Origin: Psilocybe cubensis
Lineage: Eukaryota
Direction of reading: 5' to 3'
NCBI GenBank assembly: GCA_017499595.2
Contig: CM039004.1
Span: forward strand, 2,852,001 to 2,916,000
Length of the DNA stretch: 64,000 bases
Part shown: one piece after another, positions 50,545-62,790 of the stretch
Numbering within the stretch: position 1 is the first letter of the stretch
Layout: each line of letters begins with the position of its first letter
Notes under the pieces: generated by a model
What the model was told of the DNA's origin: nothing
Database searches by the model: none
What the model saw: only the letters and a program-made list of their open reading frames with translations
Translations under genes and position numbers: made by a program

Positions 50545-51918
50545 CTACATTTTTTCTCGTATACGTGAAAACCCACCAAAGGCTGATAACCTAATCCATC
50601 CTCCGCTCCCTCCAACCCCCGCGCTTCCTTCCCCTCCTCCCCGTTGCTGCGCCGCCGACACCCACCGATTCGGCGCAACCACATCATCATAAGCCGGAGG
50701 CAACCCACCCGCCTCTGCCTCCTCCATGAACAATGCCCGCCCGGCATCCTGCTCTCGTCGCGGTTCCGCTGCGGGCGCGTGGCGCGAAAGGTTGCGTGCA
50801 GAGGCTGTATTTGGGATCCGTGACATGGCAAAGCTCGAGGGTGGTACCGACGGCGAGCTTGATAAGGAGCTCAAAAACCGGAGAATGAACGCAGGCCGCC
50901 GCTGCCCAACGGTGTGTGGGCGGGAAACGCCGTTGCTGCCTATGGCTCCCCCTCCGCGGTTGGAGAAGGCGTACTCGGAGAGGTTGCTGGTCATATGCGC
51001 ACGCCGTCGACGCATGCGCATACCCAGAAGGTGATTATGACGAAGAGAAATGTAAGTGCGCCTAGCATCCCGCCGACGATAGCGCCGACTGGTGGCGAGG
51101 TGCTGGTTACGGCGGATGTGGATGGTGATAATGCATTTGATGTGGAGGTGGAAAAGGACGTCAATGAAGATAAAGATGCTGACGATGAGGAGGAGGAGGA
51201 AGATGATGATGACGATGACGATGAACCTGCTGAAGGATCTGGTACTTCGAGTAAAATTCTGTCAACAGTGAGCTGCGAACTTCCGCCAGAAAATCGAAGA
51301 TCTGGTTCGTTTTTGATGATAATCTGGTGCACCCCTAGAGTGTCGAACCTCTGTGAAAACAAAACAATCTATCAAGCAAGACAGAAGACAATGTCAGTAG
51401 ATTGATTATGTTACTACGACCAAAAATGACGTTTGAGTCGAAGTTTCAATGAATTCTTAAGCATACCGGAGGGTTGTGTCCGTCGTCCGTGCGGTTGACT
51501 GCGTTTATTGCTTTAAAGTTTGGTTTGTTGGGGTCGCAGTCAATGCAAATCCCATATTGACCACCACAACAGCGTGGAATTCCAAAGTAGTAGAACGCAA
51601 TAGCAGGTTCTGCGATAATGAGATGCAAAAATTTAGTCGTCAGATAGCATTGAAGATCCGTTTGAACTGTGCAAACGCACCAGGAAACGTCTGTCAGAGA
51701 GAACGGCGTCGAGTCAGCTACCAAGGCAAATCTTGGTGGTATGTCGAGTAAAAACTCACAAAAGTAACAGTGTCATTAATGCCGTTCGTTGATGAGAGTG
51801 TCCCCGTCGTTCCAACATTGCTTGCGTTCCAAAAACCTGCGAGAAACCAGCTCCTCCCTTGATACTTTAGATGTTCAGTGTCACGGTCATCGAATGTATC
51901 GTTCCTGAAGCCAGACAT
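50545..51918 (-). CDS. Single-pass Cys-rich receptor-like protein, copy 1; frameshifted just after the TM helix
   Basis: Ectodomain FDDRD...W...PRCCGGQYGICIDCD, Ser-rich stalk, TM VGAIVGGMLGALTFLFVIITFW. The in-frame stop is at 50991; the RRRR...LPPAYDDV tail lies in another frame (50545-51021). Confidence 0.72.
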
Positions 51919-52549
51919 CCGGTGCCGACAGAGAACTTGGACTAAACTTTGGATGAAGCGAATGTAGTTTGAACGAGAGCTATTCGCTGATACAGTGGAT
52001 TCTGCAAGAGCGCGGTACTGGAGGTTTTCAAGTCTCAGCTCGCTATGTATAAGGTATTCCCTGTGATGTACCGGTGTATAATTTTGGGCTCCGGACATCA
52101 TCCATGATCAAAAGATGACGCTACAATCAACAAATCAACGAGGTTGCAGGTAAATAACCCGTAGTTGAGTCCCTACACCGGCTGCACCAATTTGAGGCAT
52201 AGGACAGTTCGAATACAAAATGCATTTACCTCGAAACTATGGTTGTATTACCAGAAAGTTGCCCATTATCTGCAATACCTGAAGGTTTGGTGGGCCGGAC
52301 ATCATGGAAAAGATTCAAGGTGAGAGGCTGCAGCCTGAGTATGCCCTCTAAAATCAGTTGATCACGGTGCCAGGGCGGAATCATAACCGCGAACGCCGAT
52401 CCAAACGAGTATTGTGCGTGTCGCACAGACCGTTGTCGAGATGTTCGGTCTACTTGACTTCATTCCTCTCTGCGGATTAAGCCTAGACGGGGACTCCTTC
52501 AGCTAATGCGCCTGCCGCAGAGATTCAGAATGATAACCGGGAGGTATGC

Positions 52550-52805
52550 ATTCATGTTTTCATCATCATTTTTGCTTCTGGATGGGGCTTTCGATATGAT
52601 TGGCCTATGAATAGGCGATTGCAGGATATATTTCCACAGCAGTGAAGGATCTGTTGAAATATACAAAGCCTCTGGAAGACATGGTGAAGTTCTGGAGCAT
52701 CCATCAAGCCACCGAGACGGACGTGGGCAATGTGCATATCCAGATCGGCCGTGAATCCTATGGATTATAAGTAATTGTTTTCGCGTACCACCACATAAAC
52801 TTGAA
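52550..52805 (+). pseudogene. Degenerate fragment of the Bud6/Aip3-N-like gene (intron 1 + exon 2), copy 1
   Basis: Translates AIAGYISTAVKDLLKYTKPLEDMVKFWSIHQATETDVGNVHIQIG...*...FAYHHINL, co-linear with exon 2 of 61546-62170; internal stop; no exon 3 follows. Confidence 0.8.
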
Positions 52806-53558
52806 ATTCACTTTTCTGATTTCGATATTTTCCGACTGAAACTACTTAGAAATCACGCATCAAGTGAAGGGATCATGATATAGAGAGGGGTGCAGGCGGT
52901 GATATAGAATGTAAAGAGCAAGATGGTAGTAAGGCTTTGAAATGAATGTCGACTCTCGAGTCTGTAACGGTCACATGCTCGTCAGCACAATCATTCGGCA
53001 GAACCTCGGCACGACATTTAGGAGCCACTTCGCGACTCTTCACTCAGGTTGAGGCTCTTTCACTAGCTTTTACCTCGCCTATCCAGTGTTTTGCCCGTCT
53101 ATCAAAACATTTAGGCCGCCATGCAATATGCGTACCTAGCTAGAGATTTTAGATATATATAAATGCGATTATCTCCGTCTCAGAACTTAAAACTCTCGAG
53201 CACAAACATTATGAGTGAAACTCATCATCATCCGACGATGCTTGTGAGTTTCCCCAAACATCCGCAGCACCTCCTTATATGACTTGGAATTACACTAGAT
53301 ACCACGTGTATTGTTAAAACTTTGTAGCTTTATGTGATACCTTTTTATTTTTTTACTCGCTATGGAAACACAGGATGAGCTCTAGGATGCTTATTTGTTA
53401 TGCTTTTCCTATGCTCACAAAGTTGGCGCTAATGCAGAAGCGTAGAGGGTTTTGCCTTCATATAAAATATATTGATGCAAAAATATCAGAAAAGGAAGAC
53501 ACGAGGATAATCCAGCGCACTGGTGCCTCGACCCGTTTCTCCTCGATATTATCCAACT

Positions 53559-54906
53559 CTAACCTGATTCCCTTCGTACTGGCAAAAGTCCAACAGATGC
53601 CGAAAATGCTCTACTTCTTCTACTTCCTACACCACCTCCACCCCTACCTCGATGCTGCGCCCCAGCAATAGCCGACGCGTTACGACTCGGTACAAACACA
53701 TCGCCATAGTCCGGGGGCAGCACACCCTCCTCTGCCTCCTCCTCCTCCTCATCCAGGACCGGGGCCGGTCCGGCATCGCGCTCTCGTCGGGGTCCTACGG
53801 TCAGCAACAACGCGGAGCTCGACGAGCCCTCGTCTCCTACGCGCGAGGATGGGGTGGAGTCGGGAAAGAAGTTAGACTTGAACCCCGCGTGGCCTGCTCC
53901 ACGCCCGCGGCGCGTGCGACGACTGGAAGCGCCTGCGCTACCTACGGCCGCTGAGGAGTCCCACCCGAAGATTTTAGTTGCTGTGGCAGACATGGCAGTG
54001 GTCAGCTCCCGCGATGGGAGCAAGAAGCTTAATCCTCGGCTAAGGGGCTGTATGAAGAATGGGCGCGACCTGCTGGATTCGGTGAGGTGGTCGGTTCGGC
54101 GCGCGCGCCGTCGGCGTATGTACAGCCAAAAGGCGAGGACGATCGTGACTAGAGCGCCGATGACGCCACCGACGATGGCGTTAACCGGTACAGAGGACCG
54201 GGATGCGGCGTGTGTGGAGGTTGAGGAGGGAGACGTAGGTGAAGATCCTGTCGTTGAAGGATCTGGGACTTTGAGGACAATTCTGTCGATAGTGAGCAAC
54301 GTGTTTCCGTCGGATTGAAAGTCAGGTTGGTTTATAATGGTAATCGTGTGTATCCCTGGGGTGTCAAACGTCACTGAGTACAGAAGAACCTATCAAACAA
54401 GACAAAAAGACGGGGTAAGTAGATTATTTATGTTGCTACGACCAACAAGGACGTTTGGGTGTGTGCATACCGGAGGGTTGTGTCTTTCGTCATTGGTAAA
54501 AAATGGGGGAGCGAATGGTATAAAAACTTGGTTAAAAGGGTCGCAGTCAAGGCAGATCCCATATAGACCACCACAGCAGGGTGCAAGTCCAAAGTAGTAG
54601 AACGCAATGGCAGGTTCTGCAATGGTGAGTCGAACATTTCAGTTCTCCATGCACATTGAAAACCCGTCTGAGCTGTGCAAACGCACCAGGAAATACCTGT
54701 CAGAGAGAACGGCGGCAAGTCAGCTATCAAAACACTGGCTATGTCAAGTGAAGACTTACGAAAGTAAAAGTGGCATCAAGTTCGTCCGTCGACGATAATG
54801 TCCCCGATAGTTCTAAATCGCTTGCATTCCAATTACCTTGTTGCCAATGCCCTTCATATTTTAGATGGTCTGTATCGATGTCATCGAAGGTTATCAAGTC
54901 AGACAT
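53559..54906 (-). CDS. Single-pass Cys-rich receptor-like protein, copy 2 (intact)
   Basis: Four exons including a 10-nt micro-exon; MSDLITFDDID...APCCGGLYGICLDCD; TM VNAIVGGVIGALVTIVLAFWLY; RRRR; RRERDAGP; LPPDYGDV. Confidence 0.82.
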
Positions 54907-55319
54907 CCGGTGCCGACAACTGGAAGGAGATGTGGAGCTTGCACTAGGAAGCAAATGTGGTTGGATGAAGTTGATACACCGGATTCAAAAGAAAGTGGGC
55001 CTTCCCGTCCACGGGAGTGGTTCTGGAGCCCTTTCACTCTCAGTCCAAACTTTATGGTATTTTCCCTGTGATGGCAATTACAGTCAACCTGATCAAAAGT
55101 TGGAGTATCACATTTCGACTCGTTTCAGGTGATCAGCCCATGTTCAGTTCAGTGGAACCGCCTGCACTAAATTTAAGGACATAGCGCAGTTTGAATTCGG
55201 AGTAGTTATCGCCCACACCGTCTGACGAAAACCCCAAGAGCATCAGCCAGGGTTCTGCAAGGAGCGTATACTAATCGTCGAGCTCGTCCTGCATCGAGTA
55301 TGGGCCGAACAGTGCGCCT

Positions 55320-55630
55320 GTCCCAGCCACTCCCCATGATAATCAAATGGTACGCTTTCATCATGATTTCGTTCATGGATGAGGCTGTTTTGATTGGGTG
55401 TGTTGTATTCCTTGGAAACATTTCCACAGCAGTGAAGAATTTGTTGGCATCGAAGAAGAGTCTGTAATACATTTGAAGGCCATGGGTATCGAGCAGGACA
55501 ACAAGAGGGATGTGAGCGACCTGCGTGTCCAGGCCATGAATTATTGAGTGGACTATACTGGGTGACTACACATTTGCTTTTGCGTACCACCAGCCGAACT
55601 TGCGGTTCGCCTCGTGTTATTTTGATACCT
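55320..55630 (+). pseudogene. Degenerate fragment of the Bud6/Aip3-N-like gene, copy 2
   Basis: GNISTAVKNLLASKKSL*...DVSDL...AFAYH, with remnants of both flanking introns; multiple stops and indels. Confidence 0.78.
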
Positions 55631-56028
55631 TCCCATTATTTTGAAGCAAGTGAAAGGACCTTGAGAGGCCGTTTGGAGTACAGGCGGTAATGCAGAACGA
55701 AGTAAGTTGTAGAGTTGTGTCGAAAGTTCAATGCAGACCGCGCGAAGATCTAACATGATGTTTTGATGCATTCTAAATTAATTTCATTGGGCAGATTGAC
55801 AAAGGGTCCCGAAATTTACATCTTTTAATCAAGTCTGGATAAGGAAGGGGCCAGAAGGGATAATATACAATGCTGCAGAATTTTTTCTCTTTCCCTGCTG
55901 GTTAACCAGTACTTTTGTCTCGTAGGCATCAATAGTTCGCGGTCGATCACGCTTGAATCATGACCACCACCATCTAGTTTCTAAACTTCTTGAATACGAT
56001 CTTCACTTTTTACAACCCTAACGAATTC

Positions 56029-57039
56029 ATGAACCCTGAGACGAGAACATACAGGTTCCCCAAACCTCAATATTCGGGGAAAAATGGGTTTCTATCACAG
56101 TTCACGGACCCAGCGCAAATCACAGACAAGAATGAGGAGGAGGCAATCGAAAAGCACCGGCAGTTCGAATTCTTCTTGGAACATCAGAAAAGAGAGGTAC
56201 CAGAGTGAGTGCACTCATTCCTACACCACTGTGCTGTAGCTATATACCCTCTTTTTTCTAGTTTGGAAACGATGGCGGCTGAGCTTAATCGAAAGGACGA
56301 TGCTGCATCATTGAAGAAACAAATCGATGATTTACAAGTCTTGCATGAGAACGATCTTCAACGATTATACGACTTTAATGTGAATGAATATCTGGAATCT
56401 ATTCAGAGCCAGCATACCTCCAGGGACTACACTGCCCAACGACCAGAAGTTTATGAAGCAGAAAGAGCGGCCATAGATGTAAGTAACAGTAACCCTAGCA
56501 TCTCTTTGCCATCGTTGCTTGACTCCGATACGTATCTAGGAACTCTTCGACATGGAACGACGAGGTCTTCAAATTAAATGGGAAGATCGGTATCAGCAGC
56601 TTCATTATGCTCATTTGTCAGAAGTCCTGGCATTGACAGCAGAGAAAAAACGTATCGAGGAGGCAGAAGAAAAGGCGCGCCAAGAGGAAGCAAGAGCGTT
56701 CCCCTTGACGGCAGCTGACTACAATAGGAAAGCGCCAGACATGAAGCTTCGTGTCGCCCTTTTCTTGACGGCCGACAAAAACAGACAGGAGCGATACCTA
56801 GATGAGCATGGCTGGGCCTGGCGGCAGGTGCAGCCACTCTGCGATGTCTTTAAGAAAGATGTAAGAAACAAAAACGCGTCTAAGGCTTGACACTCAATTT
56901 TATTTGCTTCTAGATGCAGTTTGCTGCCAACGTGCGCGCTCTTGTTATTAATAATGCTATGGCTCCCAAACCAGCAGCACCAGTGGCCCAGAAGTACACT
57001 CCAACGACGGATCCTAGAAAGAGGCCTCCCGCTGCTTAG
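56029..57039 (+). CDS. Uncharacterised charged/coiled-coil protein (4 exons)
   Basis: MNPETRTYRFPKP...KHRQFEFFLEHQKRE; three GT-AG introns preserve the frame; ...GWAWRQVQPLCDVFKKD-MQFAANV...DPRKRPPAA*. Confidence 0.72.
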
Positions 57040-57342
57040 TCTCTTCGGTAGAGACTAGCTGCAATATTGCTTATCTAGCAGTGTTCTAGACAAAATTGTG
57101 ATTGTCTAATGCTCAATATGTACACTATGCTCGATGCTCTAAGCCGACTGCATTGTCAACGATGGTGACGAAGGCTCACATGACTAGACCGCCAAGTGGA
57201 GGGAGCGTGGGCACTCGTGGGTTCGGGAAGACCATAAAAGGCAATTCGCTTGATAATAGGGCGGGGAGATCACGAAGGAGCGATTTGACTGTTGTCTTAC
57301 GAACGGCCATATAATTCCAATGGATACAATTCAGTCTCAGTC

Positions 57343-58454
57343 ATGCTGCCCAAATCCCGACTCCTCTTTCACATCGCCCTCGTCCCGCTCTATATAAGCA
57401 TCGCCATTTACCTCAACTTGGCCCCAATATCGTTTTCAGACAACCTGTCTTCACTTCTACGTCTTGCTAGAGCAAACCTCCGTGCCCAGTACCTCAAAAC
57501 TACAGCTACCACCAGAAACCTATCTTCCGAATCCGTAGTCGACATGAGTCCTATGAAATTTGTCGCCCGTAGAAGTGAAGAGCGTGGACATGCAGACCAT
57601 GATTGGCTCAAGACCTTCCACACATTCTCCTTTGCCATGTACGTCGCATCTCGCATCCAAGATATTCTACATTCTGACGTGCTTTCCCAGGTACCAAGAT
57701 AGACAACACGAGCTATTCGGTCCCCTGCGTGTCATCAACGAAGACAGAGTCGCTCCTCGCACTGGATTCGGGACACACTCCCACCGCGAATTCGAGATCT
57801 TCTCATATGTCGTCTCAGGAGAACTCGAGCAGTACGTGGCCTTTTCCCTCTCTAATTTTACATATCTCACGCACGATATCTTCCATGTACAGCAAAGACT
57901 CCATGGGCAACACCGAAGTGCTCAAACGTGGCGACCTCCAAATGACCTCCGCCGGCACAGGCATCTCGCACTCCGAAAAAGCTCACGGCTCTAAACAAGT
58001 GCACTTCCTTCAAATCTGGTCTTTACCCTCCAAAGCGCGCCTGCAGCCGAAATACTTCACACGCCATTTCTCCGACGCTGACAAGACGGACAAGTGGGCG
58101 ACGGTCGTCGCGCCCGTGGGTGCTCAGGGTGTGCTCGCCGAGCGCGAGGCGCAGGGTCCGGCTCCTGTGAACAGCCCGTTGACGCTATACGCGACCATTT
58201 TGGGAGTGGGGAAGACGCTTGATCGGCCGTTGGAGGGGAAGAAGGGGTATATCCATGTGATACAGAGGAGTGGGTACAAAGAGGGCAAGGCAGAGGGCGC
58301 GAGTGTGCGGATAAGCTCTCCGGGAAGTGACGCGGAGCTCACGCTGCGGGAAGGAGACGGCGCGTACATCTTCGTCGGCAAGAAGGGAGCATCATTGACA
58401 GTTGAGAATGACGGTGACCGCGCTGCAGAAATCCTTGTTTTCGATCTCGACTAG
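57343..58454 (+). CDS. Pirin-family bicupin (YhhW/quercetinase-like); alternative start at 57544
   Basis: RGHADHDWLKTFHTFSFA; FGPLRVINEDRV; GFGTHSHREFEIFSY; DSMGN; QMTSAGTGISHSE; FLQIW. Confidence 0.92.
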
Positions 58455-58660
58455 ATGCCTTTTTTCTTTTGCTGTTTTCTGAATTGTCCAAAATCTCTGT
58501 AATCTGCCATGTACGGTACAATGATGGGACCTTTATTACAATAACACTGTATCCATAGCTAGGTATCTCTCCGATTGTAATCCAAAATTTCTAAATACCA
58601 ATATTCCTTACAACTGTTTATAAATTATACACCTTCATGAACAATGACATTCCATCACAT

Positions 58661-60295
58661 CTAGATAGCAAGTTCGTAAGCAAATGCAGCAGCGATTTTG
58701 GTGTATTCCAGGGTATGCGTCCACGAGAATCCAGCCACGGAGGTGGTGTCGCCGCTGGTGTGGATCTTGGGGTTGATGTTGGAGAAGAGGCCCTCGAAGG
58801 GAAGAGCAGTGGGGTATCCCTGGGCATACCAGCTGGCGTGGTCGGAGCATCCATATCCACACTTCAGAAAAGAAAAAAAAATAAGGAATCAGCTCAGGTG
58901 ACAGAGTAGTATTTGCTTGAATGCGCGTTACCTTGGCGTTGATAACCCATGGAAGCGATGTGTACTCGTCAACGAGAGAGCCAACGAACGCGGTCAAACC
59001 GGAATCGGTGTAATCCTGGATAGCAGAGAAGAAAAAAACAACTTGGTTAACAACGAGCCCCACTAAGGAGGTAATACATTTCAAAACTTACGGGCATAAG
59101 AGCAACAACAGGGCTTGTGCCAGGCTTGACGCTAGAAACGAGAACAATTGCGATGAGTATACATGTGGTAACGCGCGTGATAAAGAGGTAATACGAACTA
59201 TGCAGTCATATCGAGTTGGAGCATACCCTTCACTTCGACTTTGGCAGACTTGTACGCCTTTGCGATCGCCTGCGATCCAAGAAGACCGGCTTCCTCACCA
59301 GCATACCTAAGTACCAAAAAAAAAGCAACAACTTAAGTAATTGCCATCAGGGCCCAGCGGTAAAACAGAGCACGAACCAGTGGAACTCGACGGGGGTCGT
59401 AGGCTTGAACCCGGCCTGAAGCAGCACGCGGAAGGACTCGATGAGGTTGACGGAGCCACTGCCATCGTCGTCAGCGCCGGGCGCACGGCTGGTGCTCACA
59501 GATCCTCCACCGATGGAATCCATGTGCGACCCGAGGATGGTCACTGGACCAGAAGTCTTTCCAGGGATCTTAGCAACGATGGAGTTCTGTGTCCATGAGT
59601 GGGTGTACAGAGACACGGAGGCGCCGCTTGCAGGGTATGTCTTGATGATCTGTGGAATACAATACAAGTTAAGGGGGTGAGTGGAGTGAGGGAGAAAGAG
59701 ATGGGATGCGGGGCACTGACGTTTGCGATGGTGTCGCGAATCCAGACGGAGGCTTGTTGGCCTGACGCGGCTTTGTAGTATCGGTTATTGAACGACGTCA
59801 AGTTGTTCAGCAGGCTTTGTGTGTTTGCAAGCGACACCTGAGCAATGATAGGCCTCAGCTCAGCTTGATGAGATGGGGCAGCGTCTATTCGATGAAATGA
59901 ATGTTAAATGGTATGGAATGACTTGAAAGCGCGCAAAATAGACGTACAGGTGGCAGCAGCTGTGAACTCGGCAGCATCGGAGGAGACGCGAGCGTTGTCC
60001 TCTTCGCCAGGGGTATATGTGTATGTGAGGTCGAACTATGATAATGTCGTCAACATTCCCGTTTTGTATGAAAAGAAACGTATGACAAAGGACATACAAA
60101 GTTGGCACCCTGGGCGATGAGTTCCTCAGTCTCGGCTTCTGTTCTCCAAACGGGCGGGGCGTCTTCTTCGAGGCTGAGCAGATGGAATCCGAGATCTGTC
60201 TTCTCTTGGAACTCCTCAGCAGTAATCGACGCGGCGCTGTACGATGCGAAGAGGCCAACAACAGCCAAAAGAACAGAAGAAAGCTGTAGCTTCAT
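58661..60295 (-). CDS. Secreted leucine aminopeptidase, peptidase family M28
   Basis: Signal peptide [73 protein letters not shown]; ends AFAYELAI*. Confidence 0.93.
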
Positions 60296-61545
60296 CGTGT
60301 GCGTCTAAAACCCTCAAAAGCACGAGAGAAAAAAGGTAAAGAGGGACAGGAAACTAGATAACAGAGCCCTATCGTGTGCTTTATACCCTCTCCTGTTCTT
60401 AGAGATTGTGCAACCCATTTGGCATATGCATTTGGTGCATCCTGGTGTTTATTGTCATCTGCAAGCGTCCGTATTAGCCGCCGAAGTTTGTCTTCTTGCA
60501 ATTCTTCTCGCCACGTTGGCATGTGGCGACTTGGGCTTGGTACGCGCGCGTAAAACTGGGATGTGCCCCGCTCTCGCACTTATTCGTCCCAGACCCCCGC
60601 GTGCGTGCATATATCGCGAGATATACGTAGTAATAACGCCGCGTGGGGCAGCGACTCACGTTGCCTGCTACCAGCGATAAAATCCACGATATTGGCGGCT
60701 AGCGCGTCGCAAAGCACGAACACCCATTCATCGAAGACGCGATATGTACGCGAAAATGGTGTGTGCACCCTTTTTCCTGACTCGGAAGGAATGCAGAATC
60801 ACGGTTTTTTCGTCGTTTATGATGTGTGCCAGGTGGATAGTAGAGATAAGAGCGGAATATCTAGAGGTACTGGTGTTGAGACAAGAGGTTTTGCTCCAGT
60901 CACAGCAAATGAGGTCCCTGGTGATCCTTGATAATCTTGGGCCTCGTAGCATTCGTCCAGAATTCAGCAATTATGAGATGTGGTTGGAGGGAGATGCTGA
61001 CAACGGCGTAAGCAACTGAGCTGTGTTGGCTGTTATTCCATAGAGCCGCAACTTTATTCGCACGCGCAATCTGAACACAAAGCCCCTATGATTCTGAAAA
61101 CTAGTATCTGAGAAAGCAAACTCAAGAATATAGGTGATCGATAGGTATTATCCAGGCTACAGGTATAAGCTAGTACTACATGTAGGAGCGTAGTGTCGTA
61201 TATTACATCAACAAATGTAAAACAATATTGAATGAATCGTTATTCCTATCCGTGAACTGTCCTTTTGTTTGATTGTCCATGGGGTATCGGATTTGGGACA
61301 CCATTTACAGAGGCTGGGCGGACCTGTCTGGCTTTTGTTTCCTTGTTTCAAGAGTGTGCTTGGTCTTATCGTGAATGCGATATTCCTCATCCGAAAGTGT
61401 CTTGTCTATTAGATTCTTCGTCAAGTTGTCCGAGTGCGCCCACAATGACATAAAAGTCAAGGATCTGCCAAGTTACGAAGACTGGGCGTAATGAGATGTG
61501 CTGCGGCGCTCTTCGGAGAGAAAGGGTGGCAAGTGAGAAGTTGTA

Positions 61546-62170
61546 CTAGTCCGAGTTCAGCGGCGATGTCCTCAATTGCATTGCCTCTCGTCTCTCTACG
61601 GACGCTCGCCATGCAGCTTGTCGACTCTGCAAGCCTTTCAGAAGTTTGAACAGCACCTTCCGCAAGTCTGGAAGGTAGCTGTCCAACACTTCCGGGGATG
61701 GATCCTCCGAAAGACATCGCTCCAGGACCTCCCGTAGTTCCGTAGGTATGTTGTGCAAATCACTGTATACATTGTCAATACGAACACCGCCAATAAGACA
61801 TGGTCAAAGAAGACGATGCGAACCTCAAGTCTATGTGGTGGTACGCAAAAGCAGTTATCGTAACATTGAATGCATGGCCGATCTGGACATACAGATCGCT
61901 CACGTCCCCCTCCGTGGCCTGTTCAATGCTCCAGAGCTTGAGCATTTCCTGTAGACGCTTCGTCGATGTTAACAGGTCCTTTACTGCCGTGGAAACATCT
62001 CCAGGAATCGCCTAATCATAGAGGGAAACGCCCAATCAAATCAGCCTCAGCCACCAGAGAAAATCATGATGAAAACGCACTGTTTGATAGTTAATCGGAG
62101 CCATTGGTGCTGGTGCGTCATTTGGGCCAGCCCCAGCATAGGACGAACTCGACGAATAGTATGCGCTCAT
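61546..62170 (-). CDS. Stand-alone Bud6/Aip3 N-terminal-domain-like protein (~165 aa, 3 exons, intact)
   Basis: Spliced ...GDVSTAVKDLLTSTKRLQEMLKLWSIEQATEGDVSDLYVQIGHAFNVTITAFAYHHIDLSDLHNIPTELREVLERCLSEDPSPEVLDSYLPDLRKVLFKLLKGLQSRQ, the pattern of the helical N-terminus of fungal Bud6/Aip3; no AIP3 core follows. Confidence 0.78.
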
Positions 62171-62790
62171 CGCAAAGGTTTTAAGATGCACTTGAAGGAT
62201 ACGCCCAAGTGGAATGAGGTCAAGTAATCTAACTACATGCACATGCACTGAAAAAACAGATACATACCTAGATATTAATCCTGCGCGGCGCGCGTAATAT
62301 TCGCCCGGGTCGGCGTTCACGGTTCTGATGCTGCCATGGCACCCTGATCAACTGCTTCCGGACCGGGTCCACACACCTTAAAGTTCCCATGTTCTAATCC
62401 TCACAAAACATACAGGTATCGCAGGTAGAGGGCAACTCTCTGGCAATACGACCATATTTTCAAAAGAACAACTAGTTCTTATTCTAGACTGCGTCATTGC
62501 CTCATTTTGCGGAGGTGGATCCACGGAACTCAACATGAACTGATCACCTGCAACTGGTTGAGATGTTGTTACTCCATCTTTTGATCAGGGAAACTGTCAA
62601 CAGCGCATTAAACACGGAACCATCACAGGGCATACCATATACATTGTGAGCCGAGACTGAAAGGGCTTCAGTACGCCCGTTGACGGGAAAGGGTCACTTG
62701 CCCTGTAATGCGGTGCTCTCCCTCAAACCACGATTCGCTCCACATCCAAAGCGTAGTCCAAGCTCAACATCCCCCTCCAGTCGGCACCGG

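Larger units (their letters stand above)
50545..55730. repeat. Two tandem copies of a ~2.3-kb duplicated module; third copy inverted at ~61780-64000
   Basis: Co-linear homology covers exons, introns, the intergenic promoter and the neighbouring Bud6-N gene fragments in all three copies. Confidence 0.85.

Noticed and set aside
48804-60295. Secondary-metabolite cluster (AAD, pirin, peptidase)
   Set aside because: No backbone synthase or core precursor gene, and the genes are interspersed with unrelated functions.
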